Shown here one piece after another: positions 1-13,605 of a DNA stretch of 64,000 nt. Numbering within the stretch: the first letter of the stretch is position 1; each line of letters opens with the position of its first letter. The notes beneath the pieces were generated by a model. The model had not been told where the DNA came from and ran no database searches. It saw only the letters and a program-made list of their open reading frames with translations. The stretch is from Adineta vaga (taxonomy: Eukaryota > Animalia > Rotifera): NCBI GenBank assembly GCA_021613535.1, contig CP075492.1, positions 16,058,001-16,122,000 of the forward strand, given 5' to 3'. The translations under genes and the position numbers were made by a program.

Positions 1-1100
1 CTTTAAAACACTTTCTCTTAATACATTTATTCTTTTCCTTTACATTGTTCGGTGTCTTTTCTTGTGATGGGAGTTTCTTTTGTTTCTTTAACTAATATAG
101 TATACAGTGTAGTTAGCTTAGTTTCTTAAATCTTTTAATATTCATCAAACAAAAAATAAACGCATAATCAACCCACGCCATTGACTTCGGCTCGATACAA
201 ATGAAATAGAAAAGAAAATCACTATTTATTACACCTGAACAGATGATACGACATTTTTGTATCTTTCATAACAGAATAGTTTAATATAAATAACTCTGTA
301 CTTTTTATGGAAACAAACAATCTACGCAGAATGTCTCACAGTCCTGCTGGTAGAAAACTATCTATTCAATTTTAAAGAAAAATATAGTTTTTTTGTTTTT
401 GCCAAAGAAAATCAATGTTCTGTTTGTTCCGTTTATCATACAATATTTATAATGAATAAGATATTAAATGTAATCTACAACAATAAACTTCTTAGTACTT
501 CTTAAAAAGATTTCTCATGTGATTTTTTGTTAAATTCAACCCTTTTTCACGATGTGTGAGCTCTGATCAGGATTGCCCACGCTTCTACAGTTTTATGTTT
601 CTTTTTAAATTATATTTGGTTTATTCTTATTTGAGCTGAATTAAAAATTCGATTGAACTCTTCATTACTTTGCACAAGAGCTTTTGAACATGTTTTTCTC
701 AAAATCAGAACTATTAAAAGTGTTTCCGGAATTTTTCCAAATTCTAACTATGAGACAGTACACACGTTTGTTTCTGACGTAGTGTAACCTTTTTTGTCAA
801 GAATTAATCTTCATCCTTTCTTAATATTAAAATAATCTAATCTTCATAGTCTGTTTTAGAACTTTTGTTTATTAAAATTTCATAGATATATGTTATTTTA
901 GTTTTTCTTCTCTTTTCCTCATATGTAACATTATATTTTATTACGTTATAGAAGACTCATGACGACGGAAGAAAAATAGTCTTCTTTAGAATACTAATTA
1001 AGTAATTCATGGATTCTTCTTTGCTAGAACGACTAGGTTTACATATACCAACATATTGTTTGAATAATCACGCTGAAAAGAAATACCCAACTCCTGAAAA

Positions 1101-2039
1101 ATGGTTGCATTTAATACTACTAACTCAACTTCAATCATTACTGAATCATGGTTTATTCCTTTGGATCTTCTACCAATGTTTGCTCTTATCTTAACCATGA
1201 TCTTCGACTGTCTTTTTCTCCTTATAATTATTTTCGATAAAACTTGCCATACAATACAAATGATGTTTATTGCTTACACATGTTTAACTCAATTTCTTAC
1301 AAGTGTTAATTTATTTTTGGTCTATGTCTTTCGACTGCAACATGATCTACAACACTTACAATATTACGATTCTTTCTGCATGTTTCGAGGTTATTTTACT
1401 CCTGCATCATGTGGTATGATGATATATTCATTTACATTACAAACATTTCATCGATATATGACTGCTGTTTATCCAACTCGTTTATTTTGGCAATCGATTC
1501 GAACACAATTATGTCTCATATGTATATCATTCATCTTTTGTTTATTATTTCCTTTCATTGCTTTATTTACTGGTCACATTGTTTATAATGTTGACAATCA
1601 AAATTGTGAAATCCTCTTTTCATGGAATTTTCCTGTCATTTGGATAGCATCTTGTACTTATATATTACCTGTTTCAATGATTATATTTCTATATTTTCGA
1701 TTGATATTTTATGTAAAATCAATTAAGAATACTGCGATACCTGCAAATATTTTACATCGAGCACGGCAAGAATTGAAAATGGTAAAACAAATCGTTATAC
1801 TTATAATAATGCTCTTAATATTTGGTATTCCATATGTATCATTTATATTCATGTCATTTTTTACAAATCCTCCAAAGTATCATTATCGAATTTCACATGT
1901 ATTTACTATAGTTCCATATCCACTACTTCTTATAACACTATTCTATTTCACTGAACCATTGAAAAATTCTATAAAAAATTTTTTTCTTAGACGAAAAAAT
2001 CTAGTAGGGTTAAGCACAACAACCAACACTCGCCAATAA
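1101..2039 (+). CDS. Rhodopsin-like (class A) 7TM GPCR, single exon
   Basis: 312-aa ORF with seven hydrophobic segments, N-terminal N-glycosylation sites, TM3 Cys (FCMFRGY), DRY-like 'FHRY', ECL2 Cys and TM6 'FGIPY'. Confidence 0.85.
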   Translation: MVAFNTTNSTSIITESWFIPLDLLPMFALILTMIFDCLFLLIIIFDKTCHTIQMMFIAYTCLTQFLTSVNLFLVYVFRLQHDLQHLQYYDSFCMFRGYFTPASCGMMIYSFTLQTFHRYMTAVYPTRLFWQSIRTQLCLICISFIFCLLFPFIALFTGHIVYNVDNQNCEILFSWNFPVIWIASCTYILPVSMIIFLYFRLIFYVKSIKNTAIPANILHRARQELKMVKQIVILIIMLLIFGIPYVSFIFMSFFTNPPKYHYRISHVFTIVPYPLLLITLFYFTEPLKNSIKNFFLRRKNLVGLSTTTNTRQ

Positions 2040-3887
2040 ATTCAGCCGATTGATCCGATCAAATATTTTATTATAATCATATAACTTGAGAACATATTTG
2101 TAGATGAAGCGCATAATTATTCACTTTCCGTTTTCTTCTTTTTTTTTCTCCTTATTGATCGATTCTTTACTTCATTATGAAATATCATTTTCTCTATTTG
2201 ACGTATTTTTTTTTCTTTTCCATGAATAAATATGTGTAATAACATTTCTTGCTAATTTCTCATTTAATAATTATCAACTCATATTTTTATAATCAAGTGA
2301 CAATTCTTACTGTATGCATAGGTTTTGTTCTTTCGATAGTTCCTATTTCAAGGATTATTCTCTTTATATCTTCGCCAAACGTAGGTGCCCCTTAGATTTA
2401 ACTAACTATCGATCAAAATTCCATCGTTTGGTTTTATGGGTAAATAGCTAGAGAAGTCTTTCAGTACATCAATATGCTCCATGGAATAAGATGTAAAAGA
2501 TTCAAAACGGAAGGTAATACCTCAGGTGGTTCCCTCGTGAGTACATTTTGATGTACTTTGAATTTATCTTTCCTTTCCTTCTATGTGATGAACGATTATG
2601 TAAGCGTATGGTTTGTATTAGAACGACGCGATTCTTGAGAGAAATAAAGATGTAATATCATCAGCGCACACCTGTCTTTCATCAAAAGTCGTCATGGGTG
2701 ATTGTGGGGGAGAAATACAAGAAGTTTCATATGAATTCGATGTAGCAACTATTTCATCTGTTAATTGATTAATATAAATGTATAGAGTTAGAAGAAGAAA
2801 TGCAGATCAGATACTCACGTACTCGCACACTTATCTTTCAGTCATTTGAAAATTTTACCTTGTTTGACTTTCTTTTGAAATGCGTATAATGTACTAATGA
2901 CATACCTTCAAACTTGTCTAGCACAACAACGGATAAAAAGATTCGTCGAGAATATATTTAGTATTAGATTATTTCTTTTCTTTTACATTATTTAATGAAT
3001 TGTCTTTTTCTTGTGATTTGCGAATTTTACAATTTGTTGTCAAGCCAACAGCATTTAATTCAATGTTTTTGTTGAAATTAATCTATTCAAGCCGATATAA
3101 ACAAATTTAGAGAGTCAACCATTGATTTTTCATAAAGGATCGACTGGTCATATTCAACATTGATACTTGTCGTTTCTCCATTGCTGGTGATCGCCGTGAA
3201 ATAGTTCATTTAGTAGAAGATCGGGTGCCATAACTGGACTGTGAAGTTACGAAATACGTCAATGAATTGCCTCTGTCGATGATACGAAATCATCTTCGAA
3301 GAAATGTGGAGCATTCGATTGACTTCGTTAAAAGGACGAGAGATGTTTTCCTTATATTTTAGCCTATGGGAAAAAGTACGAATAATCCCATTGAAACGCT
3401 CAGAACCGAAACCAATTTGTCTTCATGAAAGTTAATAGTCAAACCGATTAGAAATGCTATTATAGATAATGATGAATTTATAGAGACACTGATATCGAAA
3501 ATAACTGTTAATCTCTATGATTTGATTCTTCATCTAATTTCTTTAATTATAGATAGATCAGTTACGTACCCATTATGATATATAAGTTCTAGTACATTGA
3601 GAAGTGTATATTGTATGTAGGTAGATGATCATCAACAATAAGATTATTATTGGTTGAATTGTTTTTTGTACAGTGTAAGTGAGTACATAAACAAGATAGA
3701 AAAAATCGTTCTCATTTAGAGAAATTATATACAGATTCTCCGTTCAACTCTAGTACAAAATGTTTACTCACGCCTATACTTTATAAAATTTCACAAAAAA
3801 TAATATTATGAATAATTTTATTATCTATCGCGAAAAAAATTTCAAAAAAGAACGTTCTGGAGAGAAGTTATGTCTTTTTTAATTTTT

Positions 3888-5057
3888 CTAAAACCGCTGT
3901 TGTCGTTCAAGATCTACTTCCATGTCCTCGTCATTGTTGTCAAGCCCCATGATTTTCTTGCTTAACACAGCCTGTACATGAAAGATCAAGACAAATAACC
4001 ATGTGACAACTAGCACGATCGTCATGGCTGAGCCGAACCAGCCAATGGCGACAGACTGAAGTGATGATCCGATCTGAATCGTTTCAAGAGTGAATCCAAC
4101 ATTGGGAAAAACGAGAGCCCACCAAGTCAGATGAAACGTGATACCTTTTCGAATTCCGAGAAGAGTAGCAACGAGCGAAATTGAAAAGAACCATAAACTC
4201 ACAAGCCACAGAAAGATCGCAATAAAAATGGCCATGACGCGTAACATTTCAGGAACATTAATCGACGTGGAAATAAAGTCAGTGGGGAAAAGTCGCACAG
4301 CCTCGTTCGACAAACCAATGAGAGCCAGCCCAGTGAAAGATGGCGGTCCAACAGTAATGAACATGCCTGGTCGCTTATTCTTCTCTGGCAACCCATAGCT
4401 CATGAGTCTTCCAAAATAATTTGAATACATGAGAATGCTGATGGTGAAACCCAAGCCTTGCGCTGCGATACCAGCGATGAGTATTGGGATACCATTTTCA
4501 GTGTCTTGTTGAGCAACTACTGCGCTGGCAACAGGTCCTGCAATCATAATGGGAAAGACGGGCAAAATCCAAGCGGGTGTCATGCTTTGGATGGTATGTA
4601 GCTCGCCACTAAATAGGCCGATATATTGAATTACCGCCAAACAAAAAGTCACCGTGAAATATATCCAGAAAAGCACTTGCAGCACCGTCGCCATCCAGTC
4701 TCCGATGTGAGCGTATTCTTTCATTCCGACAATAATAATTCCAATAGCCAAAAAGAAGGTAGGAACGAAAAGGGACTCGGTCGGATGACGAAGCGAGCGA
4801 ACGAAGGTTCCCTTGCATAGGAAAAATCGGGCGGTCATTGCGATACACAGGCTAGAAAACAAGACCAAATCGAAAATGAAGACGACGAGACCGATTGTAT
4901 CAAGTCCTTGAAAACGATGTGGGGTCTTCTTCAAGAGCACTGCGATACCGCCAGTACTCATCGGAAACGTGAACCATGCCCATGTGAAATGACGCAAGCG
5001 TGAACAAGTTTCTTCTCTTGAAGATAAAGATATTGAATTGGTATTTTCTGCCGGCAT
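3888..5057 (-). CDS. TDT/SLAC1-family C4-dicarboxylate (malate) transporter, fungal Mae1-like; HGT candidate
   Basis: About 10 TM segments with the motifs 'RLRHFTWAWFTFPMSTGG', 'HPTESLFVPTF', 'MTPAWILPVFP', 'RPGMFITVGPPSFT' and 'FHLTWWALVFPNVG'. Intronless. First ATG is at 5057 (the ORF-track start at 5078 is TTG). Visibly more GC-rich than the flanks. Confidence 0.9.
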   Translation of the reverse strand: MPAENTNSISLSSREETCSRLRHFTWAWFTFPMSTGGIAVLLKKTPHRFQGLDTIGLVVFIFDLVLFSSLCIAMTARFFLCKGTFVRSLRHPTESLFVPTFFLAIGIIIVGMKEYAHIGDWMATVLQVLFWIYFTVTFCLAVIQYIGLFSGELHTIQSMTPAWILPVFPIMIAGPVASAVVAQQDTENGIPILIAGIAAQGLGFTISILMYSNYFGRLMSYGLPEKNKRPGMFITVGPPSFTGLALIGLSNEAVRLFPTDFISTSINVPEMLRVMAIFIAIFLWLVSLWFFSISLVATLLGIRKGITFHLTWWALVFPNVGFTLETIQIGSSLQSVAIGWFGSAMTIVLVVTWLFVLIFHVQAVLSKKIMGLDNNDEDMEVDLERQQRF

Positions 5058-5489
5058 CTTGATCGAATTACACAGCAATTTGTTGAGAATTAGTCGACAC
5101 GTTGTTCAACTGTACTTGATAGAAAGAAGAAAAAGTCGACTATGAACTCTACGAAAAAAAGTGTTTCTCTTGGTATGATTAGCAGCATTGTATACCTTTC
5201 TTTTTCTGCTTTTACCTTTTTCTCTTTCTTCCTCCAAGCAGGACAGGCACAAATCGGGAGCATCATTACCATCCTCATCATCAGTTTTGGCACGTTATGG
5301 ACACGTCATCTGTTAACTTATTTTTCTTCTCATCGTTTTTTGCCGGCTTCCAAGTGAGAGGCTGCTCTCTTTCCACTGAAGCTGTCCATTCTCGTACTTT
5401 TCGATTGTTCTTTTTACCTTTCTTTTAAACACGTATGTCACAATCGAACACTTTTTTGGATTCCAGTACGTGGTCGATAAGTAAAATCT

Positions 5490-5569
5490 AGGATGTGAGT
5501 GGGTGGGTGTGCGGCTCTCTATCATCTAGTCGACATCCGCACCAATACTCACGTCCATACCCTCATCCT
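5490..5569. repeat. Degenerate telomere-repeat palindrome (G-rich arm, spacer, C-rich arm)
   Basis: aggatgtgagtgggtgggtgtgcgg ... ccgcaccaatactcacgtccataccctcatcct. Confidence 0.55.
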
Positions 5570-6026
5570 GGAAATTTACATTGAATTTTATATACAAAAT
5601 CGCTATTCAGAAGCACTTTGTTATAACGAAGAGAGTATAGGAAAAAATGTCACTGGGCTACGGATAATCATTGAAGGACTGAATTTTTTTAAATATGAAT
5701 ATGTGCAGCAAATAGATCATAAAAAGTTAACTTTAGATATTTAGTTTTAATATAATAACAGTCATCAACAGCGTAAAGTAAACTATATTCACTTTTCGTA
5801 GCGTAATGACGTTACAAAAGTTTTAGTTTCGGATAAAACGATCAAAGAAAAACGGTGCGATATAGAGAACCAATTTTGATAGGAAAGAAATTTTCATATA
5901 CCATATAATGAAATATTTTTAATCAGTTTTATATATACGAAACTCTATTCGATATATGAATATGTTTGTATGTATGTATTTATTTATTTATTTATTTATT
6001 TATATTATAACTCAAATTACAGATCT

Positions 6027-6070
6027 CATCTTGAGGGTGATTGAGCCTATGAATGAATAAGAATCACCTA
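6027..6070. repeat. Short, degenerate telomere-repeat palindrome
   Basis: catcttgagggtgatt ... aatcacct; carries the family terminus CATCTTGAGGGTG. Confidence 0.45.
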
Positions 6071-6174
6071 TATTCATGCTTTTTATACCATTAAATATGA
6101 TATAGAATAAATATTTGATTTTACATTATTTTATTTTGAGAAAGAAATGAAAACAAATCCATAGGAACCCAAGA

Positions 6175-7208
6175 TTAAACCATTCGACGAAATGAATTTT
6201 CGATTGTTAAGAAATATCTTATTAATTCTTTTCGAAATGTTGATGATACTAATATATAGATTACAAATGTTAACTAAAATAAAAATCAAATCATCAAAAG
6301 ATAATTCAATATCAAGAAATATTTACCGACATATATGTGTGAACTAAATAAAGACCTAAATCACTAATAAAACTATTTATTGTTCGTTGTTCAAGAGTTT
6401 TACTTATTGAACTTGTTAAATATGAATATAATGGATAACCAGATGAAATACTTGTGAAAATCAAGAAAACAAAACTTTGAATAATACTCAAACGAATAAA
6501 TTGAATATCTTTTATACGTCTTGGTTGAATACAAGATATTTGATTATTTGTTGATCCAATCAGATTTGTTCCATGAATAACACGATTTCGTTGACGAACA
6601 ACTTTCAATAATAATAAACATAAAATCAACATGATTGAAAATGGAATGATTCCAATACATATCGTATGGATTGTATAAAATAATTGATAATAATCACCAG
6701 TCATTGATGTACATCCACTATTTGAAGTACTTTGATATCCTATTGGACCATGAAGACAAAACAAAATCCAAAAAGTAAAACTTATTTTAAGATACCATCG
6801 AGCATAAGGAGGAGATGTTTTCTGTCGAATTGATGCTAATCGTGATGTTTTCATTAGACGATCGATGGAAATTAAACATAAAAAATGTCGAGATAAAGCA
6901 AGAAAAAGTATAAATCCATAGGAACGAAATTTACAAAGAAACGAATTTGTTCCTGCTAAATCATAACCATTACTCCAACCAAGTGTTATTATACGATATA
7001 AACAATTATATAATAGAAATCCTATTTGATTAAATGATAAACAAATAAAATACCAAGAGATTACATTCATACGAAGGTGATTACGAGTAAATATGATTAT
7101 ACTGAGACAATTACCAACAATACCAAAGACAAATATAAATGGTAAATAATAAGCAGGTAAAAATAGTCGAATGGAATTCAATTGACTAATTAAATTCGTA
7201 CTTGACAT
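6175..7208 (-). CDS. Class A 7TM GPCR, copy 1 (2 exons; intron 6274-6326)
   Basis: TM1 'GIVGN', 'FLCKFRSY', 'ISIDR'. A 53-bp GT-AG intron restores TM7/helix 8 'LTFVIYILVSSTFRKEL', with the stop at 6175-6177. Confidence 0.9.
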
Positions 7209-8167
7209 CACACTATGAACGTCTGCAAATAAAGTATGACTTTTCTTTTTGCACTCTTTGGATAAAAAGTGTGTTAATTCAATTAGCCTTGAAAGGTTTG
7301 CTTAACCCTTCGGGAAAATTCTAGAAAAAAGAAAGTACGAAAATGTCTAATAAAGATTGACGTTCTATATGAAAATGAACTTTTTCCATATGAGAACGAC
7401 ATTAATACATGCAAATACTTATTAGCTTAATTCTCGAATTACATACTCAGAGAAATCGAATATAGATTTATATAATCAAAAGTGAATTTATTATAAATAG
7501 TTTTTCAGATAGGAAGTATAAATGAATATAGCAATCATTCAATTACTTCTTAAACACTAAAACCGATGCTGAATAAAAGGAAAGCACATATAATTAGTAT
7601 GGATATGAGACAAAAACTCATTTAATCTCGAATATTTGATTAAAAAGAATTTCTGCGCTAATCTTACAGATGATAGCAAATATTTTTTCTTTATCTAGTT
7701 TTCTGATGAGAACAACATTTATACTAGGTTGAAAAGAACTATTTTGATAGAGAAGTACTGCTATATATTCCCAATTAGAGTTAGTAACAAATTTTATATC
7801 AGATGAAAACCCGTAGAAATCTGAAGGATTCTCCATAATGCAATCATTATAATTAATTTTTAGACAGCTGCAAGACGAAAGGAAAAAAACAGATAGTTTT
7901 TGGAAAAATTTGAGAAGAGCACTGTTCTGGTAATTATAAAGACATTACTATGATTTAGAAGGTTCAGTTTTCCTTTTGCGTTCTGTTGTCTGTTACTTGT
8001 AATGACAGTGAAGAAAAAATAGTTTTTTAATTTTTCTTGTCTTAAAAAGTTCGAGAACAGGAAAGTTCAAGAAGGTTATGAAGCTATATGTAAGGTCATT
8101 TTCTGATTCATATCTTTCATAAAAAATTAATTCGTTCGGTGTATCAATTAAATCTAATCCTTCTAAA

Positions 8168-8700
8168 ATGACTGGTACTTATGATACTGAAGAACAGAGA
8201 ATTCTTGATTGAATCAGATGCATGGCTCTTCGTATGGCCCAAGATCTGGCCGACAGCCTAAATTATCACACGCAAGTCAAGATATCATTCTTAAGCCGAA
8301 TGGTCGACAAATAAAAAGTTGTTCTATCGAGGCGAAGGAGATAGCAGAAAAGCAAAAGGAATGTCACTCAAAGAAAAATTAATAATTAGCGTTATAGAGA
8401 AGGATCAAAACCATTTCATGTTAATCAAAAACCGTTAAAATCTGAAACTCACATCAGATCGAGTATGATTCTATGATTAGTTAAAAGATTGAACTAAAGT
8501 GGATTTTCTTCATCTCGCACCATCAGAACGATTGACGACATTTACGAAGATAAACGTCATCATCAAATGGTTAGAAATTAGGCATGCATTGGAATTTTTG
8601 TGATATTTACTACTAAGAGGTTACATTCGATAGTCAAAGATGAAAGTGATTCTTGAACTATGGTCAATATTTTCGTGATATAATTTTGATTGAACACGGC
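8168..8700 (+). mobile_element. Degenerate Tc1/mariner-like transposase fossil
   Basis: Broken frames read 'MTGTYDTEEQRILD*IRCMA', 'YREGSKPFHVNQKPLKSETHI', 'DFLHLAPSE', 'ACIGIFVIFTTKRLH' and 'GQYFRDIIL', with many stops and frameshifts. Resembles Tc1-type transposases. Confidence 0.65.
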
Positions 8701-10056
8701 AAAGGAATTAGAACTTTATTTGTTGACACTAAGTGATTAATCAAAAATAAGAAAATATCGCTCAGAAAGACAGCGTGAGGAGAGTTTAAAAGAATAGTAG
8801 TTACGCATCTCATCTGAAAGCATGATTGAGAATAAACATACAAAGCTAATTTTCGATTGAGTCTCGACGATGATACTCGAGATATTATAGTACAAAACCG
8901 AATAGAAAATGCCTTCATTTCCTTCTGTGATAAAGGTGACACTTAATTTATCATCTAGTTTATGTCGCTATTCTTTAGATTATTCATTACATATCACTTT
9001 CTAATCCTTCTGTTCCTTTGAGCTTGTGATGGTAACTTCAAAGTTTTCCCGTGACTTTCATTTTATGAGGAAATCTGCAATCAATGAACAGATCGCTAAA
9101 TGATCAGAGACATGCGAATATTTGCTTTATTTGACTTGTTAATTGTTATTTTCAATTAGATCACTTTTACAAAACTGTTGGATGATCATGTAGTATGTGT
9201 CGAATAATATCTGAGCTACTTGGCAAAATTCTATATATTACAATACAAAAAATAGGTGGGAAAAAACACGATATCACATTAGAAAGACAAATACTGCAAA
9301 ATGAATGTCAAAGGTTCATGATCGTATTTAGTGGATACAGACACGCATGAGAATTAGACTCCTGAGAAAATCAAATTGTCGTGCAAGGATTAATTAATTG
9401 AGAGAATACATAACTCCTATTTGAAGTCAACACAGTATTAGCTTTAAGAATGATAAACATGTTCGCGATCTAAATTTATGCATAGCAGATGTTCGAATGA
9501 TTTTCATAAACTTTGATATGGATATACATGTATTTCTCTTGCGAGAACAATGTAATGAGATGAGCTCACTAATAGTTATGTGCACAAATCTCTTCTGGTA
9601 TGATAAAAAAATCTCAAAGATTTTCCTAATCTTCCATTGGTAATATTGGTTGTGTTACTATTCTCTCATATTTGATATATCCATTCGCTAACGTTTTGTT
9701 TCCCATGTTCAATAAAAACAAAATAATCATTGTATAGTTTTCAATTCTTGGAGTCCCATTTGAAAAATCATGACATACGAATTCGTTTTTTAAATCAGTA
9801 AGTAGACTATCGAATGATTCTGACATATCAAAATTATAAACAAAACTAAAGACAAAAGATTAATCCCATTTTAGTATCACTTATACGAAATCACCGAGCT
9901 TCGTCCAGTTCTACCGCAAGAAATCTGAATGTATATCTAATACTCAAAATGTAAAATACAAGTAGTATTAATGAATATTAAAAGAATTTTGTTTATTAGT
10001 CTTTAAAATTTTTAGAAAAAAACAGGTGAGTCTACAATAATGATGATGATGATAAA

Positions 10057-11963
10057 TTATTTTTGTATAATCGAAAACTTTCGTATTTCAACTCCATTTC
10101 CAGTGTCGATGACGAAAATGTTACCAAATTTATCAAATTTCATGACGTTTGGAAAAAACAACTTGTTTTTATCAAAACGATTTTCATCGCCAATAATCAT
10201 TGTGTTTTTATTATCTCTCAGATTTAATTGAGAAATCGATTGATCGATTGTATTAGTATAATAAAGATGACCATTACAATCCATTGCTAATCCATAAACA
10301 TATGTTAAATCCCGTACAAGAGTGATACCTTCAGTTGCCTTAAATAACCATTTTTGAATTCGCTTATTTTCCCAATCAGCAATATACAATGTCAAATCAT
10401 CGTCAATATGAAATGTATATGGATCCCACAAATCACTTGGTCCATTACTACCTCGTTCATTCTTTCCTGCTACAATTACTCGTTGAGTATAATTGGTAGA
10501 TGATAACCATTTTCTTATACAATATCTTGTTCCAACATAAATATTCATTTCTTTATCTAAATTTAAGTATGATGTATACGTTCCATATCCATATTCGCCT
10601 GTTTCATTCAATAATATTCTTCCAATTTCATCATTTTTTCTCCATAACTGAACACGATAAACAAAATCATGTGACGGAGCTGTTGTTTTGGTTTTATGAT
10701 CTAATATATACATATCTTCTGTTTGACTATCAACAAATATACTTTGAGGCATGATAAGATTTTTCGAAGCAACAGTCACACCAATTGCACCTTGTTGAGA
10801 ATCAAATGGTTCAGTTAATGAATATTTCTGAATACGATTATTCTTTGTGTCGGCAACGTAAAGATTATCATGAATATTATCAATAAATAAATCTTCTGCC
10901 CCACACAGTCCACTTTCATTAGAAAGACATTGGCCAGTTGCATTTACAAAAATAGTACTATTTTGGTTCCATTGGGCATTCATGGCTGGAATAGGACAAG
11001 ATGGCGTTACTACCACTTGAGTTGTTGATGCTAAGTAATTAATGAGAAAAGGACAAGCAAAGTTATCATGTTATTAATGATAATCAGAAAAGGTAGGATT
11101 ACAAAAATAAAATACTAACGTAGGCTCAAAATGCAAAATATAAACTGAGCTTTAATTCAAGATTCATTTATACTAAAAACTCAAAATTACAGGCTAACTA
11201 TTGTAGCTGCTTCGAAAAACAAAACATGTCAATAGTTAGAAAAATAAAAACTCAGTCTATTCAGAAAATCGAGACCACGTGAACTACTAAATTGATAAAA
11301 ATCGTTCTACTTGATCCCGAAGAATATGAAGAATGTCAAGAATTTGGTATGGATTCATAAATTCTGATTGTTGTTAACGTAGATATCTACTCATTGTTGT
11401 AATCATAAAAATTATTTTCAATATAATTGCTTCTCATACATTCGAGAAAATTTGTTTAATGCTGTAAATTTTCTGTAGTATAGTTTCATTGACTAAATAC
11501 ATTAATTAGAAATGTTAGAATACTACTCAAATAAAGAATTCTCCTAACTTTGAATTTTTGATACAAATTCTGTTGTTGTTACTGTTGCTGTTGCTGTTGT
11601 TGTTACTGTTGCTGTTGCTGTTGTTGTTACTGCTGCTGTTGTTGTTACTGTTGATGTTGTTGTTACTGTTGATGTTGTTGTTACTGTTGATGATGATGTT
11701 GTTGTTACTGCTGCTATCATTGAGATTACTGTTGATGATGTGGTATATGTTATGGATGGAGTTTGACTGTGTTTTTTTGATAAAATGATGATAATCACAA
11801 TCAATGTTAGAACTATCGCTGTTAATACACATAAAAAAGCAATTAAAATTTGTTTGTACATTCCAATCACATAGCTTTTAATTGTCTGATTATTTTCACT
11901 GGGAAGACGAACATAATCAATTGGAATAGAAGTGGTTGGTTGATCTTCTGCAATACTATCCAT
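10057..11963 (-). CDS. Type II membrane NHL-repeat (beta-propeller) protein with Thr-rich stalk (2 exons; intron 11031-11548)
   Basis: Exon 1 encodes a TM helix followed by a (T/V/A)-rich repeat. A phase-1 GT-AG intron joins it to the NHL repeats ('LYVADTKNNRIQK', 'LYIADWENKRIQKW'). Confidence 0.85.
11572..11735. repeat. 18-bp coding minisatellite (gttgttgttactgttg[ca]t) encoding the mucin-like stalk
   Basis: Tandem units translate as TVTTTS/A on the minus strand. Confidence 0.85.
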
Positions 11964-12329
11964 CTGAAAGTTTGAAAAACAACTAAATCAATATATAACA
12001 AAAGCATCTATATAATTTTATTTATTTATTTAAATATTAATCATTATTTGAAAACAAACAAGATCAAAAGTAATATTTCATTAAAAATACTCATTTACTC
12101 AAAAAGAGTTTACAGATTTTTCATGTTTCACATTTTAATTCCAAAGCTATAACTTAACACAGTTTTTTTTCTATTAATATATTTGTTTTAAAAGCTTCAA
12201 AATTATTTACATCTGTCTGCTCAGTTGAAAAGTCGACAGAGTACAGTCGTATTGTGAGCGTATACTATCATTTACAGGTATGCACGGATTTCCTATTAAT
12301 TGGTTTAATATAATCGATTCAAAGCATCG

Positions 12330-13250
12330 TTTCACTTACGAGAGCATCTTGGAAAATATTTTTCATAAACAAATAAGATGAATTAAATGGCGTATGAGAT
12401 TGATCATTTGATTGTATATAGTTATCATAAGACATAAATTGATCCAAATAACAATTGTTGATTGGATCTTGATCAAAATATTTTGTGAATAATATTCATT
12501 AGCTTTAATATAACAATATAAAAATTGATCATGTCGACAAAGTTGAACTGATTTTAACAGATCATTCGCATCTGAAATATTTCCAAAGCTTTTCTATAAA
12601 ACGTTTTCTCATTTAATAAAACAGCAATTCTCCTATAAATATGCGCAATATTAAGATGATTTATATCTGATAAATATTTTCTTTTAAAACGCTTCATCAT
12701 AATTTGTAATACGCATTTTCATATCACCTAAATAATCATAAATTGATGGCAGATCTTGAATCATTAAACTGACACATATCAATTAATAATCAATCAAATA
12801 AAACATTCAGATTTGTTTGTTCGAATTTTATTTTATTTCCATTATTTCTTTATCAGTTGCATGAATTTTAATTCTACAAAATTCATTATCTTGTTCAACA
12901 CAATCAATATTAAAAAGTATAGTTCTTCTTCTCCAGATCTTGGTAAATGTTGACTAATATCATTACAAAAAATAATCATAGAACAGATTTGTCTTTCGAA
13001 TTAAATTATCATTTAAAAGAATATCTCCAAACGATCCTGATAGAATGAATCATCATTACATGTTTGATCTAATCATATTAATATTGAAGGATTGAATAAC
13101 GCGTTTGATAGAAGTTGTTTGCATTCGAATACTTTCTATAAGCATCAAATCGAATATATTTCACAAAAATAATTATATCAGTAAAAATTTTCGATACGCA
13201 TCATTAATTGTCTTGTGATAGGGTATAAATGAAAATAAATATCGAAGATT
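12330..13250 (-). pseudogene. Degraded ADP-ribosyltransferase-like + TPR gene remnant
   Basis: Broken minus-strand frames: 'FCNDISQHLPRSGEEE', 'FNIDCVEQDNEFCRIKIHATD', and TPR-like 'PSIYDYLGDMKMRITNYDEAF', 'NHLNIAHIYRRIA', 'FYRKALEIF'. No intact ORF. Confidence 0.45.
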
Positions 13251-13362
13251 TCGATCACAATTGAAGAAGAAATGCCTAGGGTCACATTCATTCACTTATT
13301 TTCGATATCGAGACGAAAAAAAGTGAGTGTGAGTGACGACTATTTCTTTTCTTCTCATTTAG

Positions 13363-13424
13363 GAAGGGTGTGGGTGTGGGTAAAGGTGTTAGATAGATGT
13401 AGCACCCACACCACATCACATTCA
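13363..13424. repeat. Telomere-repeat palindrome
   Basis: gaagggtgtgggtgtgggtaaaggtg ... gcacccacaccacatcacattca. Confidence 0.65.
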
Positions 13425-13605
13425 TATATACTTCGTATTTGATTAAATAGTAATAAAACTGAAAAATATTCATCGATAATTTTCGAATTTTGAATGAAGT
13501 TATTTATTGGAATAAAATGAGTGCTTTGAAACTTTTAAAAATCATAGTTAAGCGTAACTACAAATGATAATGCGTACACACAATAGAACAGAAAAAAATC
13601 TACTG

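Noticed and set aside
2300-3430. Intron-like segment (2758-2818, minus strand) and coding-like fragments
   Set aside because: Flanking frames are closed by stops and no family is recognisable.
9626-9930. Short minus-strand ORF with a possible upstream exon
   Set aside because: Probably a gene relic, but too short to assign.
11527-11832. Poly-Asn and poly-Leu ORFs
   Set aside because: Alternative frames of the Thr-rich coding repeat.
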